A DNA stretch of 64,000 bases. Source: a virus. The stretch spans positions 6,686 through 70,685 of IMG/VR virus record IMGVR_UViG_3300021963_000002. One strand, written 5' to 3'. The position numbers and the translations under genes were made by a program. The notes under the pieces were generated by a model. The model searched no databases and was not told the DNA's origin. It worked only from the letters and a program-made list of their open reading frames with translations. Positions 27,027 through 36,100 of the stretch are shown in pieces; within the stretch, counting starts at the first letter, position 1; every line of letters begins with the position of its first letter.

Positions 27027-27770
27027 CTACTTAGCCTTTAACTTCTGGATCAGGCGCTGCCGGGGGTTGTCCGGAATATCTTCAACAGTTTGCGGAAGAT
27101 GCACTGTTTGCGCTCTATCCAACTTTAACTGATTCAGCTCTAGTACAGCCTTGTAGTAGGTATCATTCAGGTCGGCTAATCTCTGGTTTTCAACTTCTAG
27201 AAAGCTGATCCGCTCTTTCAGGGGCTCCGGAGGGACCGGCACCCGCTGGTAGACCGTCTTCACAACGGGGGCGTTGGCTGTCCGAAGTTCAGCTAGCTCC
27301 TTGTCGCGGACACCCAAGGCGAATTCGGTGGCGCGCTCCAGTTCGTTGACCTTGTCCTTGAGCTCTTGATTGGTGAGCTGGAGTTCTTCGACTTGGAATT
27401 CCAACTCTGTCTTGGCGGCCAGGGCTTCAGCCAGTTCTGTCGCCAGCCGACGGTTACTGACCTCCGCCAGAGCGTTGCTCGGGTTGGTGACTTCCTCAGG
27501 CTTGTCCTGACCGGGGGTGACGTCGACCTCTCCGGTGGTTGGGACCTTCCACTTCAAGGTGAAGGCCGTATCCCTGATATCGCCTTCTTCCTTAAATCCG
27601 ACGTTGTAGTAGTAGCCCCGTGGAGTGGGCTGCAGCTCGATGTCGATCTCCCCGGCGATAACGGGGTAGTGCCGCTCATACTTGTCGACACCGAAGAACG
27701 GTTGGGAGGGTTTGATGACCAGGACACCATCGCGCTGGTCGGCAAAAATCCTGCCGTAGAGGCGGGTCAT
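27027..27770 (-). CDS. Hypothetical protein with C-terminal coiled coil
   Basis: Coupled ORF in late operon. Confidence 0.65.
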   Translation of the reverse strand: MTRLYGRIFADQRDGVLVIKPSQPFFGVDKYERHYPVIAGEIDIELQPTPRGYYYNVGFKEEGDIRDTAFTLKWKVPTTGEVDVTPGQDKPEEVTNPSNALAEVSNRRLATELAEALAAKTELEFQVEELQLTNQELKDKVNELERATEFALGVRDKELAELRTANAPVVKTVYQRVPVPPEPLKERISFLEVENQRLADLNDTYYKAVLELNQLKLDRAQTVHLPQTVEDIPDNPRQRLIQKLKAK

Positions 27771-28174
27771 CAGATCACCTCGCGATAACCGATAGTGATC
27801 CCTACGTTCGCTGTGCCAGTCAGTACGGCGTTCAGCTTGTCTGAGGAGTCAGCTTCGAACAGGCCGAGCGGGTTGCTGATCGAAACGGTGCCATTGGCAG
27901 GGATGTAGAGCGTGCCGCTGACGTCCTGGGTGGCGTCTGTCTGGAATTTCAGGCTGCAGGCTGCGCTGGCACTGATCAATAGGCTCATCACCCGGAGTTT
28001 TGCACCTGCCACAGCGGGGATCACGTCGCCACTTGCTGTCAGGTTGACGGCTTTGAACTTCAGGTCCCGGGTGAAGGCGTCGTGATAGGTGACGAACCCG
28101 CTAGTAGTTGTGCCATTACCAGAGGCTTCGATGTAGGCATCGTTGCCATTGGCATCTCTTCCGAATAGCGCCAT
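27770..28174 (-). CDS. Virion structural protein (beta-rich)
   Basis: Coupled ORF in tail operon. Confidence 0.6.
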   Translation of the reverse strand: MALFGRDANGNDAYIEASGNGTTTSGFVTYHDAFTRDLKFKAVNLTASGDVIPAVAGAKLRVMSLLISASAACSLKFQTDATQDVSGTLYIPANGTVSISNPLGLFEADSSDKLNAVLTGTANVGITIGYREVI

Positions 28175-28542
28175 TAGACGAAACCGAGGAACAGGGCGTT
28201 ACTAAAGTCTGAAAATTCTGCTGTCATACCGAACAGGCTGAACCACGAGGAGTAGGCCCACTCTGTTCTGGTACCGTCACGCAAAACAGCTCGTATCCTT
28301 ACTTTAACGGCTCTCTCAAACTGAGTTTGGATGCTGCAAAGCGGAGCCATGAAACTTCCGACGGCCTGCCACTCATCCTCGTCTTCGTCATCTGTATACT
28401 GCCGCTCGACTTCAAAGTAATCAAGTCGGTTGTCTGGCTGTTCCTGCCCGAACTGTGTTCCTGGTAACAGGCTGTCGGTAATAGTGTACGGACGGTAAGT
28501 CAGACTTTTCCAGCGGATCTCTATTGTGTTGTTGAAGGCCAT
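28174..28542 (-). CDS. Fibronectin-III-like tail protein
   Basis: IRW..YFEVE..W..VRIRAV..G..EW pattern; directly after TipJ-like gene. Confidence 0.5.
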   Translation of the reverse strand: MAFNNTIEIRWKSLTYRPYTITDSLLPGTQFGQEQPDNRLDYFEVERQYTDDEDEDEWQAVGSFMAPLCSIQTQFERAVKVRIRAVLRDGTRTEWAYSSWFSLFGMTAEFSDFSNALFLGFV

Positions 28543-31079
28543 CAGGGATTCACCTTTACTCCGAAGCTAATACCGCTAGGTTGCAGGGTTGGAGTGCCAG
28601 CTGGCGAGAAAAGGTTTGTGCCTCGGCTGGAAATACTGCCTGCAGATGAATTGACGAAGTCAAACTTTCGTTGGTCATATTTAATTGCAATCACCTCAAA
28701 AGTTCCTGAGGATTGCTCAGCGACTTTCTGAACACGGTATCGTCTGAACCCGTTGCCGCTGCTTTCGTCCACCAAGATCCAAAGATGAAGGCTGGATGGG
28801 GTGGAAGAGAAGCCTGAACTCAGAGTGATCGTGCGCCCAGAGACATTGCTCACTGTGGCGCTCTGAACAACACCGGAAGCGCCGTACACATACAGCTTTC
28901 TTCCGCTGTAACTGCCGCTTGGTAGCTCGCGGTCGATGGTCACGCTGGTTGTTGAAGCGGAACTGATCCTTCCCCCGTGAGTGCCGGGGGTTTTATTCCC
29001 GTCGGCAATGATGATTACGTCACCAGGAAGCAGCAGAGCCCCCTCAGTGCCTACCTTAAATGTGACTGTTTCGCTGTTATAGATATCGCTTCCGATGATG
29101 TATCGTCCGAGGCGAGCAGCTTGTTCTTGATTGGTGCATCCAAGAGCACGAACGTCAACGGGGCGGTAACCGTAGCGCTCAATTGCCTCGGGGTGATGAA
29201 CTGAGACCTTCTTCTCTTTGTAGTAATCATTGGGGTCGATATAGCTCACATTGGCAATGGTGCGCCTGGCTGCCTTTGCTACGCCCTCGTACATAAAGCA
29301 CGGGCCGGTGACCTCACCATTGTCATCTGTCTCCTGGATTACGTTGGCTTCGGAGAACAGTCTGTACTCTGTCTCATTTACGACTGGTCTGTCGATGCTC
29401 AGAGAGATCTTCCCTCCGGCGTAATAGATCTGAGCCTGGAATGTGGAGGCTACAGACTTCAGCAGGTCGTAAGCATCAGACACGCCGTCTATGTAGGCGT
29501 TGAAGGTGATGTTGTTGTCAGCGCAGTATTGTGCAGCATTCCTGAACGCGGCAAGATCAATATCTTGCATACGGATGCCAGGTTGAACCACAGTCCCCCC
29601 ACCGGCGGCCGACTTCGTGTAAGTCCGTCCTCCTACTCCGTAGCGTGCGTTGGTAATTAGGTCTAGTAATACATAAGCGGGGTTGTCGCTGTAGGCGTAA
29701 CTGACCTTTAATCCGCTGGAGATAGTGGGCACTTTAATCCCCCGCACCTTTGCGTGAATTGTGGGCATCTGTGTAAATTCAGATACATTGAATTTCATGC
29801 CCAGTAGTGCTGTCTTGGGGTACCTAAGGCGTTCCGCCCAGGTCACATCAGCGGATACGAAGCTTACTTCCCCCTTTACCCATTGGTAATTGTCTACAGT
29901 TGTCTTCCCGTCTCTGTCTGTCTCGGGGTCAGGAATATCGCCCCGGTCAAGACGAGTAACAATAATGGTGATCGGGATTGGCTGATCGGTGATATTGACA
30001 TCAATTGTTTGTATTTTCAGTGCTTTAACCAGTGTTCTAGTAAAGGTCTCGTCGTATATGACAGTGTTGGCCCCATTAACGACCCGTACGTTGTATTGAA
30101 GCGGGTTGTCTTTTCCTTTGTTGGTGTACGACTTGTAGCGTGTCCACGCGGATGTTTCCCCGCTGTGGCTCTGGATCATGTAACAGGGGCCGTAGGTCAA
30201 TCTGATCTGGAGGTTGTCCGCGTAGCTCTGTGCAAACGAGCGAATAACCTGCTGGTTGGGATCGTTGCCTTCGGTGATCGCTTGGAGTGTTGCTCCGGCG
30301 GAGAGGTGGAATCCCCCTGATTTCACGAACGTGATTGGATTCCCCGTCTGTTCCCCATCGGTAAGTTCTATGTTGTCTACTGTGATATTCCCTAGTTTTG
30401 TCCCGTTCAGGAACAAATTGTCTGAGGCTGGACCGGCGAGTCCTTCAATCTGTCCCTCGGAAATAATGCCAAGGTAGTAGCCCTTATTCTCTTCGATATA
30501 AGAGCTGATGATCGGCATTGACTGCGCGAGGAACGTGCCATACAGCAGCGGGATTGGTGTTCCTTGACTGGCCGTAGTGGATGCGCCATCGAAAACTGCA
30601 GCATCAGACTCTGCTCCTTCGCTTTTCCCTCGTTGAGGAGTCCCTGGGCTGAGGAGTCCTGCTACACCGGTAAAGATCAAGCCAAATCCCAACGCAGCGA
30701 TAGCGCTCTGGATACCTGCGGAGATTGTGCCCGCAGCACCGAATGTCACCAGACCGAAACCGGTAAATGCGAACGCGACTAGCGCGATGCCAATCAGGAT
30801 GTTGAGAATGCTGCTCCAAAATCCTTTCGAACCTGTGATTACAGGTACCAGCACCATCTCACGGCACCCAAGACCTAAGTCCTCGTAACTGATCCCTTCG
30901 TCAGTGTTGTTGGTCAGAATCTGCCAGTAGATACCGTGCTCATGCGAGCCTTCAAGGAAGGCCCGGAATCCTGGAAGCCGGTGGCACAGCGCTCTGATCG
31001 CATCCTGCGGGCTGTGCACATGCAGATTGTGAATTCGGCCGAACCGCTTACCAGCGACGCCTTCCAGGACAATCTTCAT
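28542..31079 (-). CDS. Central tail tip protein (lambda J-like) with N-terminal lambda I-like region
   Basis: G..FG..H.L.V..P.DAIRAL, PVITGS, GTPIPLLYG, ISEGQIEG, SDNPA..LDL....YG, GCT..QA.R.G, PGDVI. Confidence 0.85.
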   Translation of the reverse strand: MKIVLEGVAGKRFGRIHNLHVHSPQDAIRALCHRLPGFRAFLEGSHEHGIYWQILTNNTDEGISYEDLGLGCREMVLVPVITGSKGFWSSILNILIGIALVAFAFTGFGLVTFGAAGTISAGIQSAIAALGFGLIFTGVAGLLSPGTPQRGKSEGAESDAAVFDGASTTASQGTPIPLLYGTFLAQSMPIISSYIEENKGYYLGIISEGQIEGLAGPASDNLFLNGTKLGNITVDNIELTDGEQTGNPITFVKSGGFHLSAGATLQAITEGNDPNQQVIRSFAQSYADNLQIRLTYGPCYMIQSHSGETSAWTRYKSYTNKGKDNPLQYNVRVVNGANTVIYDETFTRTLVKALKIQTIDVNITDQPIPITIIVTRLDRGDIPDPETDRDGKTTVDNYQWVKGEVSFVSADVTWAERLRYPKTALLGMKFNVSEFTQMPTIHAKVRGIKVPTISSGLKVSYAYSDNPAYVLLDLITNARYGVGGRTYTKSAAGGGTVVQPGIRMQDIDLAAFRNAAQYCADNNITFNAYIDGVSDAYDLLKSVASTFQAQIYYAGGKISLSIDRPVVNETEYRLFSEANVIQETDDNGEVTGPCFMYEGVAKAARRTIANVSYIDPNDYYKEKKVSVHHPEAIERYGYRPVDVRALGCTNQEQAARLGRYIIGSDIYNSETVTFKVGTEGALLLPGDVIIIADGNKTPGTHGGRISSASTTSVTIDRELPSGSYSGRKLYVYGASGVVQSATVSNVSGRTITLSSGFSSTPSSLHLWILVDESSGNGFRRYRVQKVAEQSSGTFEVIAIKYDQRKFDFVNSSAGSISSRGTNLFSPAGTPTLQPSGISFGVKVNP

Positions 31080-31411
31080 TTCTTGAGTACGTCTTCAAAC
31101 ACGGTGAGACCTTCTTCCACGCTCCATTTCTCAAGCCGGTCGGCCTCGACGACATAGACGTAGGAGGTCAACTCCATGTTCGCAGCTACAGCTAGGTCGT
31201 GATCGCTAAAACCCTCTGTTCCGGTTGGATGTGAGTGAAATATCGTGGATGGTCTGTATATCAGATATTCCTCTGCGGGGAGCACGAACGAGGTTTCAGG
31301 CTTATCTGATGTGTTGCTGCACAGAATTGCTTTGCCATCGACGACGACCCCACAGGCTTCAAGGGGTAAAGCGGTCAGGCACAGCTTTGCGATTGCACTA
31401 TGTAAGGTCAT
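31076..31411 (-). CDS. JAB/MPN domain tail assembly protein (lambda K-like)
   Basis: PLEACG, FHSHP, S.HD motif. Confidence 0.85.
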   Translation of the reverse strand: MTLHSAIAKLCLTALPLEACGVVVDGKAILCSNTSDKPETSFVLPAEEYLIYRPSTIFHSHPTGTEGFSDHDLAVAANMELTSYVYVVEADRLEKWSVEEGLTVFEDVLKK

Positions 31412-32040
31412 ACTGTTGCGGCCGGGAAGCCACCAAAGGGGTAAGGTTCAGCGTTTCTGTTTTTACAAGCTTCAAGGGTCTTGTTACAGGTAACGGCGCC
31501 GGAGGTGGAGCCGCACTCAGGACTTCCGTAGGCAAAGGGGCAGTAGTTGGGGTAGATGCGCCTTTGAGGAACGGATAGTCCTTCTAGATCCATAGCGGAA
31601 GCCAACTCGTAAATGACCCCGAGCTTTGATTCCTCTGTTTTTCTATTGAAGTACCAGAGATCTGGGGTGAAGTGAGCGTTGGCGTCATATGTTGACTGCG
31701 ATGTGCCCCCGACGCTGTGCAGGTATTTCCCGTATGTGCGGATGCGCCACAGCCGAAATCCGATCAGATCTTCGAAGTCGTAGGAAAGGTTGGTGAACTG
31801 CCCATCGACATTCGCGACAGCAAGCTTCGGTGTTGGCAATCTGTTGCTACCAGTTATCTCAAAATCTGATGCCTGTATTGGTACGGGCTGGTAGTTGACC
31901 AGGGTGCCTCCCTCGTCGATGTACCGCACGACTTTTCCGCCGGTTTGCTCAGGCGAAACGAGAAATATCTTTCCGCCCCAGCTCGTGCTGAGGTGGCTTC
32001 CATCGATGATGAATAAATGGATAAGCGCGTCTTCTTTCAC
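31408..32040 (-). CDS. Minor tail protein (lambda L-like)
   Basis: PTPKLAVAN, RIRT..KYL, ELAS..D, C..Y...EC...C.K....C, PFGGFP; GTG 32040 with AGAGGA RBS. Confidence 0.85.
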   Translation of the reverse strand: MKEDALIHLFIIDGSHLSTSWGGKIFLVSPEQTGGKVVRYIDEGGTLVNYQPVPIQASDFEITGSNRLPTPKLAVANVDGQFTNLSYDFEDLIGFRLWRIRTYGKYLHSVGGTSQSTYDANAHFTPDLWYFNRKTEESKLGVIYELASAMDLEGLSVPQRRIYPNYCPFAYGSPECGSTSGAVTCNKTLEACKNRNAEPYPFGGFPAATV

Positions 32041-32837
32041 TATGCAGTTCCTCTTGTTTCTCTTACGAGACCTGCGGATAGCTCGTTCGGCCTGTTGTAA
32101 CCTCTGGATGAGCCGGTATAGCCCTCCCATGCATTGGTCGCTGAATTGCCACTAAAGGTGGCTTGTGTAGGCGTGCCGTTCCCGTTGCGGTAAGTATTCA
32201 GCCTATTGTTGTAGGTGTTTAGTGTGGGACGTACTGTATCTTCGTAATCGTCTCCCACTAGCTTCAGCATGTGAGCTTCGAATCCTGATAGTCCACCCCG
32301 GCCGTTGTAGGCAATCGGCTCTACCCCAAATCCTTCGTTAATTGTGTAGTAAGTGGTGCTGGCTCCATCTCCTGCGCCGGATGTGACGCTTCCGCTACTT
32401 GTGCTTCCTCTCCGGTTAAAGCCGTTGTTGTAGCCAAACTTGCCTATCAGATCAACCCAGGATGCGCCCCTTTCAGGGTCGAACAGGAAGGCGCTGTATC
32501 TGGTTACCGGGTATGTCCCTCCTGTGGGTGGGTCTCCCCAGTTTTCAACCCAGTATGCAGTTTCTGCATCGGTTCCTGTCTTTAATGTGCTGCCCGAAGC
32601 GTCAAACCGCGCTCGATAACGCCAGGGCTCGCTCCCGAGGTATTGGTCGTATAGCGCCTCGATCTGACTTGTCGTTATATCACTGGTTTTCATGGGGTAG
32701 GAATTGACCAAATTCCTCCGCCCGTTGTAAAAGTTGTTTTCGGCTTGTTGCAACTCCTGAATTGCAGTCAACAGCGGTCCAGTTCCTGGGTTAGTCAGGA
32801 TTAGTGTTGCTGGCGATACCACTGGATACCTAGCCAT
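32040..32837 (-). CDS. Hypothetical protein between M-like and L-like tail genes
   Basis: 265-aa ORF coupled to L-like gene by TAGTG overlap. Confidence 0.6.
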   Translation of the reverse strand: MARYPVVSPATLILTNPGTGPLLTAIQELQQAENNFYNGRRNLVNSYPMKTSDITTSQIEALYDQYLGSEPWRYRARFDASGSTLKTGTDAETAYWVENWGDPPTGGTYPVTRYSAFLFDPERGASWVDLIGKFGYNNGFNRRGSTSSGSVTSGAGDGASTTYYTINEGFGVEPIAYNGRGGLSGFEAHMLKLVGDDYEDTVRPTLNTYNNRLNTYRNGNGTPTQATFSGNSATNAWEGYTGSSRGYNRPNELSAGLVRETRGTA

Positions 32838-32841
32838 ACCC

Positions 32842-33198
32842 TTAAGGCGCGTAAGCCAAGCTCAGTGTGAATGTGAAGATCCGCCTGTTTGTTGATGGCA
32901 GAATCTGCTCGTTGTAGGTGCCGTTCTTCAGGCGGTACCGCTGTTGAGTGCTTGAAAAAGGTGCCAATGTGGCGAGGAAGTAGTCTCCGCTGGCCACAAG
33001 GTCAAGGTTGGTTTTTAGCGTGTTGGCGTCAGCGGACGTCAGAGGCTTAGTCGTTACGTCGTACTCTGTCCGCTTGGTGTTTATGCCGTCCTTCTGTATC
33101 TGCTCGTAACCCTCACCGAATCCGTATTTTCTGACGCGGTGGGTTACCTTCTCGACGACGGAAATCGTCAGGTCAAGGGATAGCGTTCTATCGGCCAC
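32842..33198 (-). CDS. Minor tail protein (lambda M-like distal tail)
   Basis: FGEGYEQ..DGIN motif; follows tape measure. Confidence 0.8.
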   Translation of the reverse strand: MADRTLSLDLTISVVEKVTHRVRKYGFGEGYEQIQKDGINTKRTEYDVTTKPLTSADANTLKTNLDLVASGDYFLATLAPFSSTQQRYRLKNGTYNEQILPSTNRRIFTFTLSLAYAP

Positions 33199-36100
33199 TC
33201 AACATACCTCCAGGACGCCGCTCTTCAAGGATGACGCGCTTAACCGCGTTATCAATTGCTTTTCCGAGTTTACCGGCCTGATCACCAGTCATCTCAGTCT
33301 GAGTTCCTCCCTGACTGTCGACATTGACTGTGATGTTGGTGTTGACTGTGTTGCCTGCCTGCTGCTTCATGTCAACAGGAATCGCTTTGCCGTTTGGCAA
33401 GGGAACGACGGCTTCGTTGTAGGCGCCTTCTCCTACCAGGCCGAGTGTTGGACGATTAACAACGCCCCCTTTGGCAAAGGCTTGGAAACCACCGACCAGG
33501 ATGTTGCCGTTCTTGCTGAAGACAGCACCCGAGCCCATGAACATGTTCGCTCCAGTTGAGCCTGTTCCTGAGGTCAGCAGGCTGTCCATCCCGAAGCCTG
33601 CCAAGGGGCTGCCACTGGTTGCACCTGCGCCGCCGCCACCGAACAATCCGCCCAGGAAGCCTCCAGGGCCGCCATCGGCGTTGTTCATCCCGAAGATCCC
33701 CAGCAGCGATTTGAGGACCAGCATCTTGATCATGTCCGCGATGATCTTTTGCGCCATGCCGAAGAACGAGTCGGCAATGCTGCTGAACGTGTCGGCAAGC
33801 ACTTCCTGCACTGACCTCGCACCGGTCAGAACGTCCTTAACCCCAGTCGTCATGGCCGTGCCAATGGCCTGACCCACTCCAGAGGCCACGTCGCTCAGCA
33901 GCTGGAATTGGTTACGCATGGCCTCGAATTCGCCCATGCGCTCAGCGTCAAAAAGCTTCTGCTGCCTGAGTTCCTCGAATTTGGTTCGTAGTTCTTCTGC
34001 GGCGTCGCTGGTATCAGTCCGCCAGTTGGGCATTTGCTGGTCGTACTGCGCGCCGATCTGAGCCATCTCGGTCTCAGCCATGACCCGCTGCTGTTGTCGG
34101 GGGTCATAAAACAGCTGCGACTGGAGCTGCCCTGCCCCTCCGAGGATGGATTGTGTTGTACCCAGCGCGCTCTGCCGCTTCTGGCTCATCAGGTCACTGA
34201 TCGCCGCTTTCTGACGCTCAGCTTCCAGCGCGGCCAGACGGAGCCTCACCTCTTCATCCAGCTGCTCTTTAGTGCCGCCCTTCCCGTAGAAGCGTTTGCG
34301 TGCTTCTTCTTCCAGGGTCTTCAGCTTCTCGGCGGTCATGCCGCGTAGTTCGCCGGCCTTCTTGATCGTCTCGGCCAGCTCTGCCTCGAACTTGTTGATG
34401 TCCGCGATCCGCTTGGCGTAGATGGCGGCCTGCTCGGGGTCGAGGCTCATCTTTGAAGCTTGGGCGAATGCCTTGACCTCAATGACGGCGTCGCGGAATT
34501 GCTCGACGGGGATGTTGGGCGCCAGGGCCTTGAAGAAGTTGTCGAGGTTTTCCTTGTTGGTGATGTCCTGGTTCAGGCGCTCGAACTGCTGCAGCTCCTT
34601 GTTCAGCCCGATTAAGCCGCGCTTGGCACCTTCGAAACCGGCGGTTGACGGGGCCGCCACACCGCCTGCGTTGAGATTGGGGCGTGCAGGCGAGCCAGTA
34701 CCGGCTGTACTGGTTGCTTTGCTCCCCTGTTGCAGGTGAAGGAAGCGATTGCCCAGACCAAACAGTGATGGGGCGGTGTAGCCCCCGCCGCTTGGGTCGA
34801 AGCCCACACCACCCACCGGTACAGGGATCGGCGTGCCCATCGGTACGGCCAGATCAATCGCACCACTGCTCGCTCCTGGTCGGCGCCCTCTCGTCGAGTC
34901 GTGGGCCTGCTGCTCCAGCTTGAGCAAGCGCTGCAGTTCACCTGAATCTGTGACCCGGGTGATGTCCTTGTTGATGTTGGACAGCACGATGTACTTCACG
35001 CCCATCTGCTGCCAGGCTTTGATGATCGCCTCGGCTTCCTGGATCACGCCTGCGGCGTTAGGGCCTCGGATGTCGAGGTGAGGTCCAGAGCTACGGCCTG
35101 TGCTGCCCACACGAGCCGTTGCTCCAGCAGCCCCTGGGAGCATCACGCCACCACCTGGAGCTGCACCGCCGTTGAGCTTGGCTGCTTCCTGCTGCTTTCT
35201 GACGTAGTCAGCAGTATCCATTTCGAGCTTGGCGCCCTGTTTCTTGAGCTCCAAGATCTTTTGTGCAATGTCGAACTTGTAGTTCTCGATCTCCTTCTCG
35301 ATTTCAGCGGCTTGGAGCTGGAACTCCCGTCGCTTGGCTTCGATGTTGACTTCGCCCTTTTCTTTCTCAACCAGGTAGGTGTTCAGTGCATCCAGCGCTG
35401 TTGCGGAGGCACCCTCTTGACCGTCGATGAGCTTACGGTTGTAGATGTCAACCTGGCGGATGCGGAGTTCTTCTCCTGCTTGGAAGACCTCGATCTGCTT
35501 GCGAGCCAGCTCCATGCGAGCGCCGAACTCGGCATTGGCCACGTCCCGGGCCAGCTGCATTTGCTGCTGGGCGAGCTTTTCGTTCTGATCACCTAATGCC
35601 TTGGCTCGGGTGGTGACCTCCTCGTTCAGGGCTTCTTTCTTCCTGCCTTTCTCGTAGTTCGTCAGAGTGTCTACATATTGTTTTTCTGCGGCAAAACGCC
35701 TGCCAACTGCTTTTTGAAGCTCGCCTTCAAGACCTTGTAGTTGGGTCTTCATGGCATTGATGCCCTGGATATCCAGGCCAAAGGCAAACGCCTGACGTTC
35801 TCCGAGTTCTTTCTTCAGCTGCTGTATCTTTTCTGTCAGCTCAGAAACCTGTTTATCTGCGTCAGCAAATTCTTCTTTTTGTTGCGAGAGTGTGCTCTGA
35901 GCCTGTGATTCCCTCAGGTCTTTTAGCGCTCTCTCGGCGGCTGATGAATTCTCATCTACATCTTTCAGTTCATTATTGAGCGCTCTAATTGCCTCTTTGC
36001 CTCTCTTGTCGCTTGCGACCTTCTCCTGGGCGCGCTGCCACCTTCCGAACGCATCGACGATGGCAGTGATGCTGAGCTGGATGATAAGCAGAACCGCGTT

